DNA of 64,000 nt from Octopus sinensis (GCF_006345805.1 NC_043009.1:51274001-51338000), one strand, 5' to 3'; shown: positions 40,551 through 55,449, numbered from the stretch's first letter. The notes: generated by a model from the sequence alone, not told the origin. Numbers and translations are program-made.

Positions 40551-40750
40551 TGTAGGGTTCCGGGTTGAGTCGGGGTTAACCACAGTAAATAAGGTACTCA
40601 ACATGGCAGTGTAAATTAATTTATTTTATAGAAGGAGCTTCTACAGGACTAGAACTGTTTCATTCAAATGAAATCATCAGGAAGCTTCCTGATGATTTCA
40701 TTTGAATGAAACAGTTCTAGTCCTGTAGAAGCTCCTTCTATAAAATAAAT
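40551..40750. mobile_element. (TA)n-inserted element ending in a perfect 132-bp spacerless palindrome
   Basis: 40619-40750 self-complementary around GGAAG|CTTCC; contains CTGATGA..GAAAC on both strands. Confidence 0.8.
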
Positions 40751-40761
40751 AAATAAATATA

Positions 40762-40817
<56 letters not shown>

Positions 40818-41594
40818 ATATATACATACATACATATATGCATATATACATACATACATACATATATGCATATATATATATATATGTATTTATCTATATA
40901 TATATATATATATATATATTTGTCTATACTAATATGCATATATTACCTACATATTCACAGAAGTACTAGTACAAACAGATATACATATACGCTCACACAC
41001 TCAGGCACACACATGCAAGCGCGTACACATATTGTCATGTCTATGTCTGTGCCGTTTGACTACCAATGAATTGCACAAATATTTTTTGTATATATCTTGT
41101 TGTCTGCTGTCGCATTTTTTGATGGTAAATAATGTGAAAAACCAACGAACAATAGCAGTAAGAAAATGCTACAAAATGTACGATTATAATAAAATGATAC
41201 CGAGGGAAATATTGCCGTAACTAAGCAGAAATATAACCACATATTTAAACACATAATAGGAAGCACTTACACATATATTCATAAATGACACACAGACACA
41301 CAGACAAACACACATAGATACACACACACACACACACCACACACACACAAACACACACATTTGTGTCTCAGTTTATGTGTGTACCTTTGTGAGTGTGTGA
41401 GTGTGTGTGCATACGCATATGTATACATACTTGAATATATATGCGTGAGTATCTATGTGTCTATACACTTATGTATACTCGGTGGTGAATATATTATTTT
41501 TGAATATATTTCCATGGGGACAGATACTCGCACATGGATATAAATTAACACAAACACCAACACATACACAGACACTCACATATGCATATATATT

Positions 41595-41660
<66 letters not shown>

Positions 41661-42351
41661 GTGTATATATATATACATACATATATATACATATATGTAT
41701 ATATATATATATATATACACGTGTGTGTGTGTATATACTTATGCATTGTTTATGTTCTACTTGTGAAGTAATATCATGGTGTATACATTATTTTTAAGAC
41801 TTCAGCTCATCGTTCATTTCTTTTTTCCATCACCATCTAGAAATCAAGAGAAATCCTCTGCAAGAAGAAAGTAAAATAAAAATTTTGCAGGAAAAAATAT
41901 ATAGACTGACTGCTAAGTAAGCAAAATGTATGTCAATAATTCAGAGCTGAAACACCAGCAATATGTGTTTGCGTGTGTGTGTGATCTTGTTTGTGTCTGT
42001 GTGTGTGTTCTTGTTTGTTTGTTTGTGTGTGTTCTTGTTTGTTTGTGTGTATGTGTGTGTGTTTGTGTCTGTAGTTTTCTACGCATGTGGGTCAAAGTAT
42101 TTTACTGTCGTCTTTTACTCCACATTTTAGTGTTAGTGTCGTCTCCGAGTCACTAGACCTGCTTTGGTTTTGCAAACCAGACGCATCATTGACCCACAAA
42201 ACTTTATAAGAAACTGCATTCGTTTGATCTCGTCTTATATCATCTAGATACTCAGTCATTCTGTTTATACGGCTCAGGAGGCCAAATATATCCTTCACTT
42301 ATTACGGTCAGCATCACATTCCTCAAATTCTGATGCCTTTATTCCAATATA

Positions 42352-42518
42352 GACGCAGGAGTGGCTGTTGTGTGGTAAGTAGCTTGCTTACCAACCACAT
42401 GGTTTCACGTTCAGTCCCACTGCGTGGCACCTTGGGAAAGTGTCCTCTACTATAGCCTCGGGCCGACAAAAGCCTTGTGAGTGTATTTGGTAGACGGAAG
42501 TGAAAGAAGCCCGTCGTA

Positions 42519-42562
<44 letters not shown>

Positions 42563-42797
42563 ATATATATTTATTTCTGTGTATATGTCTGTGTGTCTGT
42601 GTTTGTCCCCCAACATCGCTTGACAATTGATGCTGGTGTGTTTACGTCCCCGTAACTAGCGGTTCGGCAAAAAGAGATCGATAGATTAAGTACTAGGTTT
42701 ACAAAGTATAAGTCCTGGGGGGGTCGATTTGCTCGACAAATGGTGGTGTTCCAGCAAGGCCGCTGTCAAATGACTGAAACAAGTAAAAGAGTAAAAG
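42352..42797 (+). mobile_element. SINE family A, full length
   Basis: Head, internal (TA)n, 3' module. Confidence 0.88.
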
Positions 42798-43139
42798 GGA
42801 GAGAGTATATGCTTCATATTATACTTTTCAGTTTATCGTTGTATCTGAAAGGTCTTCCCACATCTCTCATCCCCGTATGAAGTTGGGCACAAGTGAAATT
42901 TTTCAGCGGTTTTTCATTAATCATCCTAGTAACATCGCCAGCCATCTTAAATTAGACTGACTCAAGAAGGTGTCTATGATTTTATATCACATTTATGAAA
43001 CAACTGTTGTTTAGACAATATATTCGTCTATGTAAAACCGTAGGTATTTCTTAGTAATATTTTCCGGAAAGCATTTAGCCCTGTGATGTTTTCTATATTG
43101 TGTTCACGATCTCTCTATGTATGTATGTATGTATGTATG

Positions 43140-43171
<32 letters not shown>

Positions 43172-43314
43172 TGTATGTATCTATCTATCTATCTATCTAC
43201 GTACCTACCTATCTATCTATCAATCTATCTATCTATCTACCTATCTATCTATCTGCGTGTCTGCGTGTGCGTGCGTGCGTTTGCGTGCGTGGTGTGTTTG
43301 TACGTGTGTGTTGA

Positions 43315-43870
43315 GACTGCATATGCGCGGTAACCTGAGACTTTGGTTTCCAAACTCAGTACTCTCTCATTCCATACACTTGCTCGCGGCTTTCCAAAAT
43401 CATCAATATCCTTGGCGATCCTGTTTACTATTTCATTATCTAAAGCAGCACTAGAATTCATTTTACCTATTAAAGAAAGGAAGGACTTGACATATTTTAG
43501 AGGCTTCTTAATTTGAAGTGATTGACTTCACAGTTCACTTAACTGTACGATAGGTGGTGCTTTCCCTTGTCATTGGATAGGTGTTGGTTTTGCCTGGTTT
43601 ATGATTTCTCTCTTCTTCACACTTATTGTTTGGCTGAACACATTATTCACAGGAGAACACCGGTTTACGATTTCTGTTGTTTCCTGGATATAATTAACTC
43701 CTAGAGCCGAATCATTTCCAAACAAAGAAGACCTAAATATGTTTCGTCCTTGCAAGTTTCCTCACCTTAAATCTTTGGTGATTGGAGAAACCACCTGATG
43801 TTCTAAAATTCAAACAAATTGACATTCTTATAAACATTGAAGCCATGTTCTGGCATAAGCCGAAAGGAAA
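43315..43870 (-). mobile_element. Decayed RTE LINE fragment
   Basis: LDNEIVNRIAK...VWNERVLSLETKVSGYRA and LFGNDSAL resemble RTE RT. Confidence 0.65.
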
Positions 43871-43936
43871 TAGCTTCGCCCACAATAAAATACTATTTTG
43901 CCGCTGCTATTGTTTCTACTACTACTACTGCTACTG

Positions 43937-43994
<58 letters not shown>

Positions 43995-44419
43995 ATGATT
44001 CAGAACCCTTGTCTGGTGCCGGATCGATTCCAAATTTTAATCGATTTGTGTCAGTCACAAGGCCAACCATCTCTGAACGTTACATTCGAATCTATCGACC
44101 GGTTCTTGAGATATCTTGTCCACGGACAAATAAACAAACAAAGAAACACCACTGAAGACAATACCTCTGCCTTCGCTAAAGCGGTGGTAATAATCCTTTC
44201 TACTATTGGCACAAGCCTTGAAAGTTTGGGGGAAGGGACCAGTCGAGTAGGTCGACAGCAGTACGCAACTAGTACATCATTTATCGAACCTGAAATGATG
44301 AAAGGCAAAGTCGATCTCGGTCGAATTTGAATTCAGAAGGTAGCTGCAGACGACATATTACTAAGAATTTCGGCAGGCGTGCCAAATGTTCTGCTAGCTC
44401 ACCGCATTAATAATTTTGA

Positions 44420-44464
<45 letters not shown>

Positions 44465-44502
44465 AATGATGATGATGATGATGATGATGATGATAGTAAT
44501 AC

Positions 44503-44609
<107 letters not shown>

Positions 44610-46236
44610 CGGAAAAAAACGGAGGTGAAGGAAGACGTCGAAGAGGAAGAAGTAGAAGGAAAGACGACGAACGGTGTAAGTAGGGAAGAGAAATCACTGG
44701 ATGTACGAAAACAACAGCAAATGATGATGTAATGTCCACACACACACACGCACATATATATATATATATATATATACATGTCTCTATATATATGTGTGTA
44801 TATATGTATGTATGTATATATACGCACATATGGGCAGTGTACAGATTAGAGACGTACAAAAAATATAAAGACACGCAAGAGGAGAATAAAAGAAAAAAAA
44901 ACAGGAACAATAACAAGAACGAAAAACAACTGCTATAACGAGCACGGCAACAAAAACAGCAACCTTTTCCACCATGACGGCAACAAGGGATATCCGTCTG
45001 ATCGTGGATCTAGTTTCATTTGAAAGTCATTTATTCAGAATCTGATTGAATTTTTGCCAGGAAACTGTTTTTGCTACAAGATTTTGGCCTCTTTTCAATT
45101 GGCGACGATGAAAATCGTCTGGAAGACCTAGTGCAATTCAGACAATGATGTATACATACATACATAGATACATAGATACATACATAAATACATACATGCA
45201 TACATGCAAACACACACACATACATACATACATACAGATATATATGCATACACACATACGCATACACACACACACCGCACACACATATATCTATATATAT
45301 ATATATATACATACTCGTTACAGTGTCCTTGTTTATGATGTGGACCACAGCAGACTCTCCTTTAACAGTTATCGTTTAATAATATCGAGCTTTACCTCGT
45401 TCATATATATATATATATATATATGTGTATATTGAGAAAAAGACGGAGGGAGAGAGGGAGAGCGAGAGGGAGAAAAAGAGTGAGAGATAGAAAGTGAGAG
45501 CTAGATACATGTATAGATTCATGGATGAGAATATGGAAGTTTTCAGTGCTTAGATGAATTCAACTACCTACTTATCATATTACTAAATATGAAGTAACCG
45601 AGTGATGCAATGCAAACACATATACAGTTGACGTATTTCTCAAGAAAAATCCAGTAAAAAAACCTTAGATAGTTGCATCAAATATACAGAACATTTCCTT
45701 CCACAAAACATTATTCAAAATGCTTGTTGTGTCCCAAGATTCACTTTTTTTATCATTGATTTCAGTCACTAGGCTGCAGCCATTGTGGGGGAACCTCTTT
45801 GAAAATTTAGTCTGTATACTAATGTTTAGACAGACAGACCCAATAAATATATTTTAAAGTTTGTTACTTATTCTATCGATCTGTTTGGCCGAATCGCTAG
45901 AGTACGAGAAACTAGGAAATTAAACTAACATCGATTGCCAAGAGTTGTTGTGTTATAGAAAAAAACACTCTAAGACGAACGCGCATTTAAGTTCACTTAC
46001 AAAGAATTGGTAGTGTCAAGAATATAGCAAGAGTAACTTGCCCAAGATGCCGCACTTTTGAACAAAAGTCAATATATTGTGGTTCCAAGGTTAGCCATGC
46101 CAGCTATGGTCCAGACATTTGAATAAGAAGCTATGCAATTCGATACTGTTCGTGATCAATTGGTTGCAAGCCGAAATTCTGAGAACCAAAATGATATTAA
46201 TGATAACAATACTAGTAGCATTAACAATACTTTCTT

Positions 46237-46467
46237 ATTTCTTTATTACCCACAAGGGGCTAAACACAGAGGGGACAAACAAGGGCAGACAAATGGATTA
46301 AATCGATTATATCGACCCTAGTGCGTAACTGGTACTTATTTAATCGACCCCGAAAGGATGAAAGGCAAAGTCCATCTCGGCGGAATTTGAACTCAGAACG
46401 TAGCGGCAGACGAAATACCGCTAATCATTTCGCCCGGAGTGCTAACGTTTCTGCCAGCGCGCCGCCT
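46237..46467 (-). mobile_element. SINE family B
   Basis: Reverse complement of 35378-35610. Confidence 0.88.
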
Positions 46468-47157
46468 TTTTACAATGCTTTCTACTATAGGTTGAAGTGC
46501 TAAGATTTTGGTGGGTGAGGCGAATAGTGGTTTACAATGACCCCCGTACTCATCAGGTATTTATTATGTTGATCCCGAAAGAAGAAATGTTAAAATCCAT
46601 GGGTTTTGAACTTAGAACGTTGAGAGTCGGAAGAAAGAGCACTGAGTATTTAGCTCGACGCTTAATCGAATCCCGGATAACAAGAATGATGATGATAATG
46701 ATAATGATGATGTTAAAGAGGAGGAGGACGGCTACGACGATGATGACGATGATGGGGAGGAGACCATGGCTACGATGATGATGATGATGACCATGATGAT
46801 GGTCGTGATCACGATGACGACGGTGATGAAGTTGATGGAGATGTTTGGCAAAAGAATTATAGAGAATAGTATACATTATACAGAATACTACCATTTAATG
46901 TAACAGTTAAACATCACTAATGCTCCATGACTACAAGAGTCATGCTTCATTTAAGAGATCACCATGTGGTGCCGATTTGGCCGGAAGGAGTATAGAGAAC
47001 CGGATGCCTAAATTTTTGTTTTCAGTGAATGCCACAATCCATGCTAATATATTCACAGTTGGGTGCGCTTGGTCTTATATTTCTTATACTCCAAATTTTA
47101 TTTTTGCTTGTGCCATACAGTGTGTGTACATATATATATATATATAATATATATATA

Positions 47158-47202
<45 letters not shown>

Positions 47203-47251
47203 CAATAGGTAGATTAGATAGATAACACATATTTATATATCTATACATATA

Positions 47252-47520
47252 GGCGTAGGAGTGGCTGTGTGGTAAGTAGATTGCTTACGAACCACATGGT
47301 TCTGGGTTCAGACTCACTGCGTGGCACCTTGGGGAAGTGTCTTCTACTGTAGCCTCGGGCCGACCAAAGCCTTGAGAGTGGATTTAGTAGACGGAAACTG
47401 AAAAGAAGCCCGTCGTATATATGACGAACCTCCCAGAGAACTACATCAAGTATATTTGCGTCGGTGGAGTGCTCACGTTAATTTCATGAGTATGCTGTTC
47501 CGTTGATCGGATGAACCGAA
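47252..47520 (+). mobile_element. SINE family A head joined to a decayed family C 3' fragment
   Basis: 47252-47420 family A; 47432-47520 resembles the reverse complement of ~16240-16340. Confidence 0.65.
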
Positions 47521-48599
47521 AGTAAAGACCATAAAAACAGATGAAATAACGTTAAGCACTTTGCCTTGTGGGCAAACGATTCTGCCAGCTCACCAACTTA
47601 ATGATAATAATCATTATTTCTAATTCACATACAGTGGCAGCTGTTCTGGGGAAACGTTCAGGATTAGTCGACACCTTGCGTGCTACAATATTTCATCGAG
47701 AATTATAAGAATCTTAAGTTGAAGACACATTTGCCGGGGACAATATCTTGTTTCTGTTAGTCAGATTTATATAAAACACACTCATAATTTTCTTCAGCCA
47801 TAAGACAAATTGTAGAAGACAGAAACAAACAACATAGTATTCACTCGCAGAGCGAAAGACTTTAAACATGAGATTTCGATATTAAATAGTAATTTCACTG
47901 ACTATGAATTTGTATTTCCTCTTTTCGCTCTAAGAAGACCTTCAGCAAAATGCATCAATAAATTCAGATTTTCCCTTTGCTTGCAGCTATAAATTATGTA
48001 TATATAAATAATGGAGCTGTAAATTATGAATATTACTGAATATTCAACCGGAATACATTTTCTGCGAGTCCCGAAACGACTTGATAAACGAAAAGCTTTA
48101 AGATATATAAATTATGTTTCAAATTCGGAACTAAAGAATTATAATCATGTTCAATATATAAGACGATGGAATGGTTGAATCGTTAGGTCGTTGGGAGAAA
48201 AGTCTAACTGTATATCTTCTGATCCAGTTGTATATCTTCTGATCTATCACGTTCAATGTTCAAATTCTTCTGTGATCAACAGTGCCTTCTGTTCCACAGG
48301 GACCCGAAAAACAACACACGATTCAAGTACTTTGGTCGAAACTATCAACCAATATCTTCATTCAAAATTGTCGGATTTATGCCTAAATCATAACTTATCG
48401 CTAGAGTAGTGTCCACGTATGCGCTGGTATAGTCAACTATGTTCACAACTCTAATTTCAAATATGTAAAATGTTTATTGCATATTAACAAAATATTATTA
48501 TACACCAACAAAATGGAAACAAACTCGAGTCTTATATATTAAAATAAACATATTCCTGGGACACAATTGTCATTGTGGTATTTAGGTGTATGTAAAAGC

Positions 48600-49150
48600 G
48601 CATGCTTTGTTTCAATTAGGTGCCTGTATATATATCCAGGCCAATCAAGACCGTCGTCAACGACTATGAAATTTCTCCAGGTGGTCTGATCACAGTCTGA
48701 CTGGTACCACTGGTGATACTTGTGGGAATAGATATATCTTCAAGAATCTGCTTGAAGTTATTCAATTTAATTCTGTCTTTGTTTCAATATTTAATTCTAC
48801 CTTTGTTTCGATAGACATCTATCAGGTGAGATGACAATATTTTGGGGGGTGTCTGTCTGAGTATCAATAGCTAGTGCATGGAGTGAAAGCTAGACTTACT
48901 GAGAACTTATGTTGCCATAATTTGAAGTTCATAATTGGTCACAGAGTTTGTATGACAAAAGCACTGATCCTTTTGATGCGTGTTTTGTAAAGAGTCCATG
49001 TTCCTGATCTAGAGAATAAAGCTGAGGAAAGGAAACATTTTACATTTAACTTTCGTTGAGTTTTTACGCTTTTCCTGCAGTTGGTCAGTATGGCGTCCAA
49101 ATGCAAATGAAGCATTAGCCATACAGTTTTGGAGCTCATTGTGAGAATCA
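48600..49150 (-). mobile_element. Highly decayed RTE-like LINE 3' fragment
   Basis: LFSRSGTWTLYKTRIKRISAF resembles LYGxETWTL..RL.AF. Confidence 0.5.
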
Positions 49151-49719
49151 CGTTGTTACTCGTACAATGCTAACAAGGAGTGACGCTAATTAGTATTTTT
49201 CACTCTATCGCAATTTTGCCTGCCTCCACCTATACATACATACATACATACATACATACATACATACATACATACATACATACATTACATACATACATAC
49301 ATACATACAGAAATATTGATACATATATACATATACACGTGAGAGTTTGTACGTGTGAGTGAGTCCGTATTTTCCTAATGCATTGGAAAACTAACTTACC
49401 AATTTTGACATAAAAGGTATCCAAAGATTCAGTAATCTTTTGGCTACCAAATAAACTTTATTTTCATTTACATATTTTCTACGTTATCTCAATAACCAAC
49501 AATAGCTATTTCAAAGACACTGCTCTACAGCGACCAGGTTTCATAAGAAAGTAAAAATAGTTTCACACTTTTAATTTGAACCAAAATTACAAAGCGTTAA
49601 ATTACGGGAGTGACGATGTGTGAATAATGAAAGTAATGTTTCTCCGAATTAGTCACATCTGTTCTATAATAAACAAAGCTCTTTATCATCTATCTATATA
49701 TATACTACATTATCCTATA

Positions 49720-50040
49720 AGTGATGTGTTTGTTTCTACTGCATGAACTAAAAGTCAGAGGGGGACGGAATAAACTACGTGCATCAACTTGCTATAAAAG
49801 CGGGTAGTAATTTTACCTTGTACTTATTCTTAGTGCAAGTTTTGAAGAGTGCTGTTTTATTTTAGTATTTATTTTTTCAAGGCTATAATGAAAGTGAAAA
49901 AGGAGCATATTAGGCATATTTTGCTTAATGTGTTCAATAAAGGCAGCAACGCCAGGAATAATGCGAGGAATACTAATGCAGTATATAGGGATCGGACGAT
50001 AAGCGTAAACCAACCTCAGCTGTGGTTCCAGAAATTGCTG
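49720..50040 (+). mobile_element. 5' fragment of mariner family seen at 56492-57759
   Basis: MKVKKEHIRHILL..FNKGSNA..ARN.NAVY.D.TISV...Q.WFQK mariner HTH. Confidence 0.8.
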
Positions 50041-50044
50041 GTAT

Positions 50045-50540
50045 ATACATACATATACATACATACATACATACATACATACATGGTGGCTGCCCCCTCG
50101 TTATCGAGTATGGCCATTGCGCGAAGCTTAATCAATGTTGTAATCGTGCAATGCCTGTGCAAGAAAATATTTTTAAAGTGAGGAAAGGCTGTGCACTGAG
50201 TCAATGCCACTCACTAAGCAACAGCAGCCATAATCCGAAAAGAAGAACAACTCAACATCATCGGTAACCACTGAGCCGCAGGTTTTATGTCGGAGTTATC
50301 CCAGTTACCTGAGTTACCTTCTCCTAGAAGGATGCCCTAACCAAGGCCAGGAGTCCTTCACTCCCAATGGTTTAACCGCGCGATCGGGTATTCAGTCCGA
50401 TTATTTCTATTTCCCCGCGCATGATACAGCCTTAAGACATTTATTGGATGGCCGTTGACTCTCAAGAGTTCCTCCGCCCTTTGACGGGTTTTGTTTTTCA
50501 TCCCGCAGGGTGTCCAATAAACACCCTCCTCACCAAGTAT
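50045..50540 (-). mobile_element. Bipartite non-autonomous RTE derivative (5' UTR part fused to 3' tail) with (ATGT)n tail
   Basis: 50176-50540 matches 14620-14990; ~50093-50130 matches the RTE 3' end at ~51833-51870. Confidence 0.75.
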
Positions 50541-50560
50541 ATATATGCTTCTGCGTGAGT

Positions 50561-50592
<32 letters not shown>

Positions 50593-51689
50593 TGTGTGTG
50601 TGCGTGTGTGTGTACTTTATTTCAAATCACCCACCATAGCTACTTTGCTTTTCTTGTTAAACCTGCCACCGGGGAATAGTTTATCTATAAGATTCTACCG
50701 ATTAAAACTATTTGCCTATTTGATTTTGATTTTTTTGATTTTTCCAGTTTCAGCTAATGAGCTGTGGCCATGCTGGGGCACCGCCATGTGTATGTGTGAT
50801 TGTCTTCGTGTGCCTAAGTGATTGTGTGTGTTTAGATGTTTGTATGTATGTGTGTATATGTCTATATGTGTATATGTGTGTATCTGTGTATATCAGTAAA
50901 TAAAGTATGTCGATAAGGAAACGGTATATTAGTACTAGAAAAATTCCCAAAGTAGGTGAGCTCGCAGAATCAATGGGGATATTTATTCTGCCTTTCTATT
51001 CAGAGTTACAAATTCTGCCTAGATCGACTTTATCTCCCTTTTGAAGTCGATAAAATTACTAGAATCAATTACCAAGTTCGATCTAATCGACTACAAGGTT
51101 CCAAAAAACGTTAGGCCTTAGAAATATCCTCAGATAGGATATAAAGAATATTTCAAATATTGGCAGAAATTTGCAAATTTTCTTACGAGCTATGTTTCTC
51201 TAAAATCGATTTTGAATCTCATCATTTAACTATAAACCAACAATAAAATAAAATCCATCTTAAAACGACAATAGAAGACAAATGTAAAATAGATATGTTT
51301 TCGACAAGAAAAATACACGGGAGTCACCGATCTACTGCCTGCCGTTGCATGAAGTAGCGTCAACCTCACCCCGAGCCTTCTTTATGACATCTTTAAATGT
51401 CCATAATTTATTGTGTTTAATATTTAATCAACGCATGTGTATCACAATGACAGATGACTTTAATTAAGAAGCATTTGCAAAGGAATTCCAAATATTTTGG
51501 TATCATTCCTGTAAAGCTGTCTATCATTAAGATGTATACGAGGTGATAAGAACATCTGCGTCGTGAACTCCGAATATATATTTAGTACTGTAAATGACGT
51601 CTGCTTTTCTGATTGTAGGAAGCTAGCGTCATATCTTGCAGACACATACATACAAACATACATACAAACATACATACATATGCGTAAAT

Positions 51690-52030
51690 GCATACATACA
51701 TACATACATACATACATACATACATACATACATACATACATACATACATGCATGCATGCATGCATGCATGCATGCATACATACATACATACATACATACA
51801 TACATACATACATACATACATTTTATGGGTGTCCCCTCGTTATCGAGTATGGCCATTGCACGAAGCTTAACTGTTACTGGTGTTGTGATCGAATGTAACT
51901 TTTTAGCCCAGCCAAAGATCTACAATGTCTTGTACAGAATTGGCAACTAAAACCTTTACCGGTAATAACCGGCTGTAGTTGTAACTGGGCTTCATGTACT
52001 TTTGCATGTCGTTCAAGCCCTCCTGCTGAA
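51690..52030 (-). mobile_element. RTE LINE 3' terminus with C2H2-like finger and (ATGT)n tail
   Basis: FSCQFCTRHCRSLAGLKSYIRSQH then short UTR and (ATGT)n. Confidence 0.7.
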
Positions 52031-52186
52031 TTACATACATACGCACATACATACATACACACTCATACATACATACATACATACATACATACATACATAC
52101 ATACATACATACATACATACATACATCATCCATCCGTCTCTCTCTCTCTCTGTATATATATATATAATATATATATATATATATGA

Positions 52187-52510
52187 TGGAGCACCGCCTG
52201 TAGTCGAACAGATCGACTTCAGGACTCATTCTTTGTAAACATAGTACTTATTCTATCAGTGCCTAATGACGAACCACTAAGTTACGGTGACGTAAACATA
52301 CTAGCATCAGCAAACACGCGCGCACATACACACAGACACACACACACACATATACAGCGGGCTTCTTTCAGTTTCCGTCTACCAGATACACTCACAAGGT
52401 TTTAGTCGGCCCGAAGGTATAGTAGAAAATCCTTTCCCAAGGTGCCACGCAGTGGGACTGAACCCGGAACTAAGTGGTTGGGAAGCAAGCTTCTTACCAC
52501 ACAGCCACTC
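52187..52510 (-). mobile_element. SINE family A
   Basis: Reverse complement of family A head and 3' module. Confidence 0.8.
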
Positions 52511-52889
52511 TTCCTCTCCTATACTTTCTTTGTTTTTTTTTGTTTCTTTCGTTCTCTACCTCTCTCTCTTTCTCAATATATACATATATATATAATGTGG
52601 GTGGCTAATTTGCAATTTTATTTCTGCCTTTAAATTATATATATTTATTTCTGAAATTGACGTCTGCTTTTCTTAGTGTCATATTTTGTATACATACATG
52701 CATATACACATATGTATATACACATACGTACATGCATGCAAACATACATACATACATACATACATATATACATACATGTATATATATATATACATATATT
52801 TATACACGCACATACATATGTATATATACATAAAATTGTATTTGCGTGCACATATATATGTGGTGGTCTGTGTATGCATATATGTGTGT

Positions 52890-52938
<49 letters not shown>

Positions 52939-53384
52939 GTGTGTGTGTGTGTGTGTGTGGTGTATGAGTGTGTGTATGTGTGTACGTATAGAGTGAGAGA
53001 GAGAGATAGAGAGGCAGAGAAATAAAGAAGTAAAGACTGAAAGGAGAGGAGAGTGGAGACATAGATAGATTAAGAGAGAGGAGGAGATAGAGGAGAAGCA
53101 GAGGGGAAGCGGAGGAAGAGAGAGAGGACACTTATCGTGGCAAGAACAGTTATCTTGCATTGTTGTGACTAAGAATATATTCCTGATTTCATGTCCGTTT
53201 CTGATTACTTCTTAACGAGAAACGATACAAGTTTTGGTATAGAAATTTAATTGCCATATATATATAAGTTAACGAGTGAGCCATTCAATGGATATTTTGC
53301 TTGCATGAAATAGAAGCCACGCCGCAACGTTTTCTCTCTGATAAGAGAAATACAAAGCTAAACCACAAGAACAACGTCAACAAA

Positions 53385-53633
53385 AGCACTACTACTGCTA
53401 CAACTACTACTACCACCACCACCACCACCACCACTACTATTACTACTACTACTACTACTACTAGTACTACTACTACTACAACTACTGCTGCTGCTGCTGC
53501 TGCTGCAACTACTACTACTACTACTACTACTACTGCTACTACTACTACTACTACTACCACTACTGCTGCTGCTGCCCTGCTGCAACTACTAACTACTACT
53601 ACTACTACTACAACTACCACTACAACTACTACA

Positions 53634-53689
<56 letters not shown>

Positions 53690-53700
53690 CACTGCTACTG
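53385..53700. repeat. (ACT)n/(GCT)n/(ACC)n compound microsatellite
   Basis: Direct reading. Confidence 0.95.
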
Positions 53701-54061
53701 CTGATGCTTCTCTTTGGAATTTACTACCTTAATCTCTCTTAAATTATCTTTAAGATAGGAAAACCTATCAGGCAATGTGCTTTAGGTACAAGATGTCTGA
53801 AAGAAAGCGGGGTGATCGACATTCAAATCTCACAGACACACAGTACTCGTGTAGTGGCATACAGGTTGACCCAGGGCTAAACAACAACAACCGTAACGAC
53901 AATGATCACCACCACAACAAGAACAACAACAGCATACATAAGTATAACATAATATACTACCTGAAACTGTATTTCTTTTCAGGACGGTAGGTAAGACGGT
54001 CTACATGCGTGACCCAAAACGTTGGAAACATAAACACATGTTACACGCGCACATGTATGAA

Positions 54062-54210
54062 GACGCAGGAGTGGCTGTTTGGTAAGTAGCTTGCTTACCA
54101 TCCACATGGTTCCGGTTTCAGTCCCACTTGGGTAAGTGTCTTCTACTATAGCCTCGGGCCGACCAAAGCCATGTGAGTGGATTTGGTAGACGGAAGCTGA
54201 AAGAAGCCCG

Positions 54211-54263
<53 letters not shown>

Positions 54264-54578
54264 AAATGTGACCGCGTGTGTACCGTTGGCGATTTTTTTC
54301 CTCCGTCTTTCCTTCTCTGGATCATTCCTTCCCCTATGTTTCCGACGAAGAGCTCCGCTCGAAACGTTAAACCCTCCTTCTTTCCTTCTTTCATCAGCGT
54401 CCAATAATACTATATTCGTTCCACGTCCTCTCGTTGTTGTGTTTTTTTGTGCTTTCTTGTTTGGATTAACTATATATATATATATATGATTGTGTGTCTG
54501 TGTTTGTCCCCCAATATCGCTTGACAACCGATGAAAGGTGGTGCTCCAATATGGCCGGTCAAAAGAATGAAAGAATAA
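54062..54578 (+). mobile_element. SINE family A with a ~210-bp nested insert in its internal (TA)n
   Basis: Head 54062-54212, insert ~54262-54470, deleted 3' module 54495-54578. Confidence 0.8.
54338..54372 (+). ncRNA. Minimal type I hammerhead (U4C variant)
   Basis: GTTT-CCGACGA-A-GAGC(tcc)GCTC-GAAA-CG-TT-AAAC; palindromic ACGT stem III. Confidence 0.7.
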
Positions 54579-55416
54579 CAGACCATCTTAGAAATGTCAC
54601 CCACAAACACCTAGAAGCGCGTGCCCTCATGGTGACAGTGTTTGTCAAGTATTATCTATCGAGTGGTTCTGTTCCTGGAGTGAGCAATGTTGTATTATGG
54701 ATTTGCACTTATATTGATATTTACTCAACTTTCATCTGGTCGAGTCAGTAGTAATGATTAAAAGCTGAGTGCGGATGTAGACTTCTTTAATCACGGTTGT
54801 CACATCCTGCATGTATCCCTATACAAATTTCTAGGTATGCTCCTGATAAAAGAATTAGCGAAAGCGTGGTATTATCTGCCAAGTCATACTCGCTCGCGTG
54901 TGACGGCTCTGCCTAATTTGTTTCTGAACAATCTTTTGAATCTGAACACCAAGATTTTCAACACAACCACACAGACACACACACACACACACACACATGA
55001 ATACACACACACACACATACACACATGAATATACACACACACATATACGCACCCACACTAACACACAAGCACAAACGCACTTACAAATAGACTTTACTAC
55101 GTACATAGATGTGTGTGTATGTATAAATGTATATCTATTACATGCATAGATATGTATCGATTTATATATACCTATATATGTCTATGCGTATGTAGGCGTG
55201 TGTATGTGTCTCTCTCTTAATCTCTTTCTCTCTCTTTGTATATATATACATTTATATATAAATATATATGTATGTATACATATACATATACATACATATA
55301 TATATATGTATATATATACATATATATATACACACTATATATATATGTATATATATGTCATATGTATGTATGTATGTATGTATATATATATTATAATATA
55401 TATATACTATATATAT

Positions 55417-55449
<33 letters not shown>

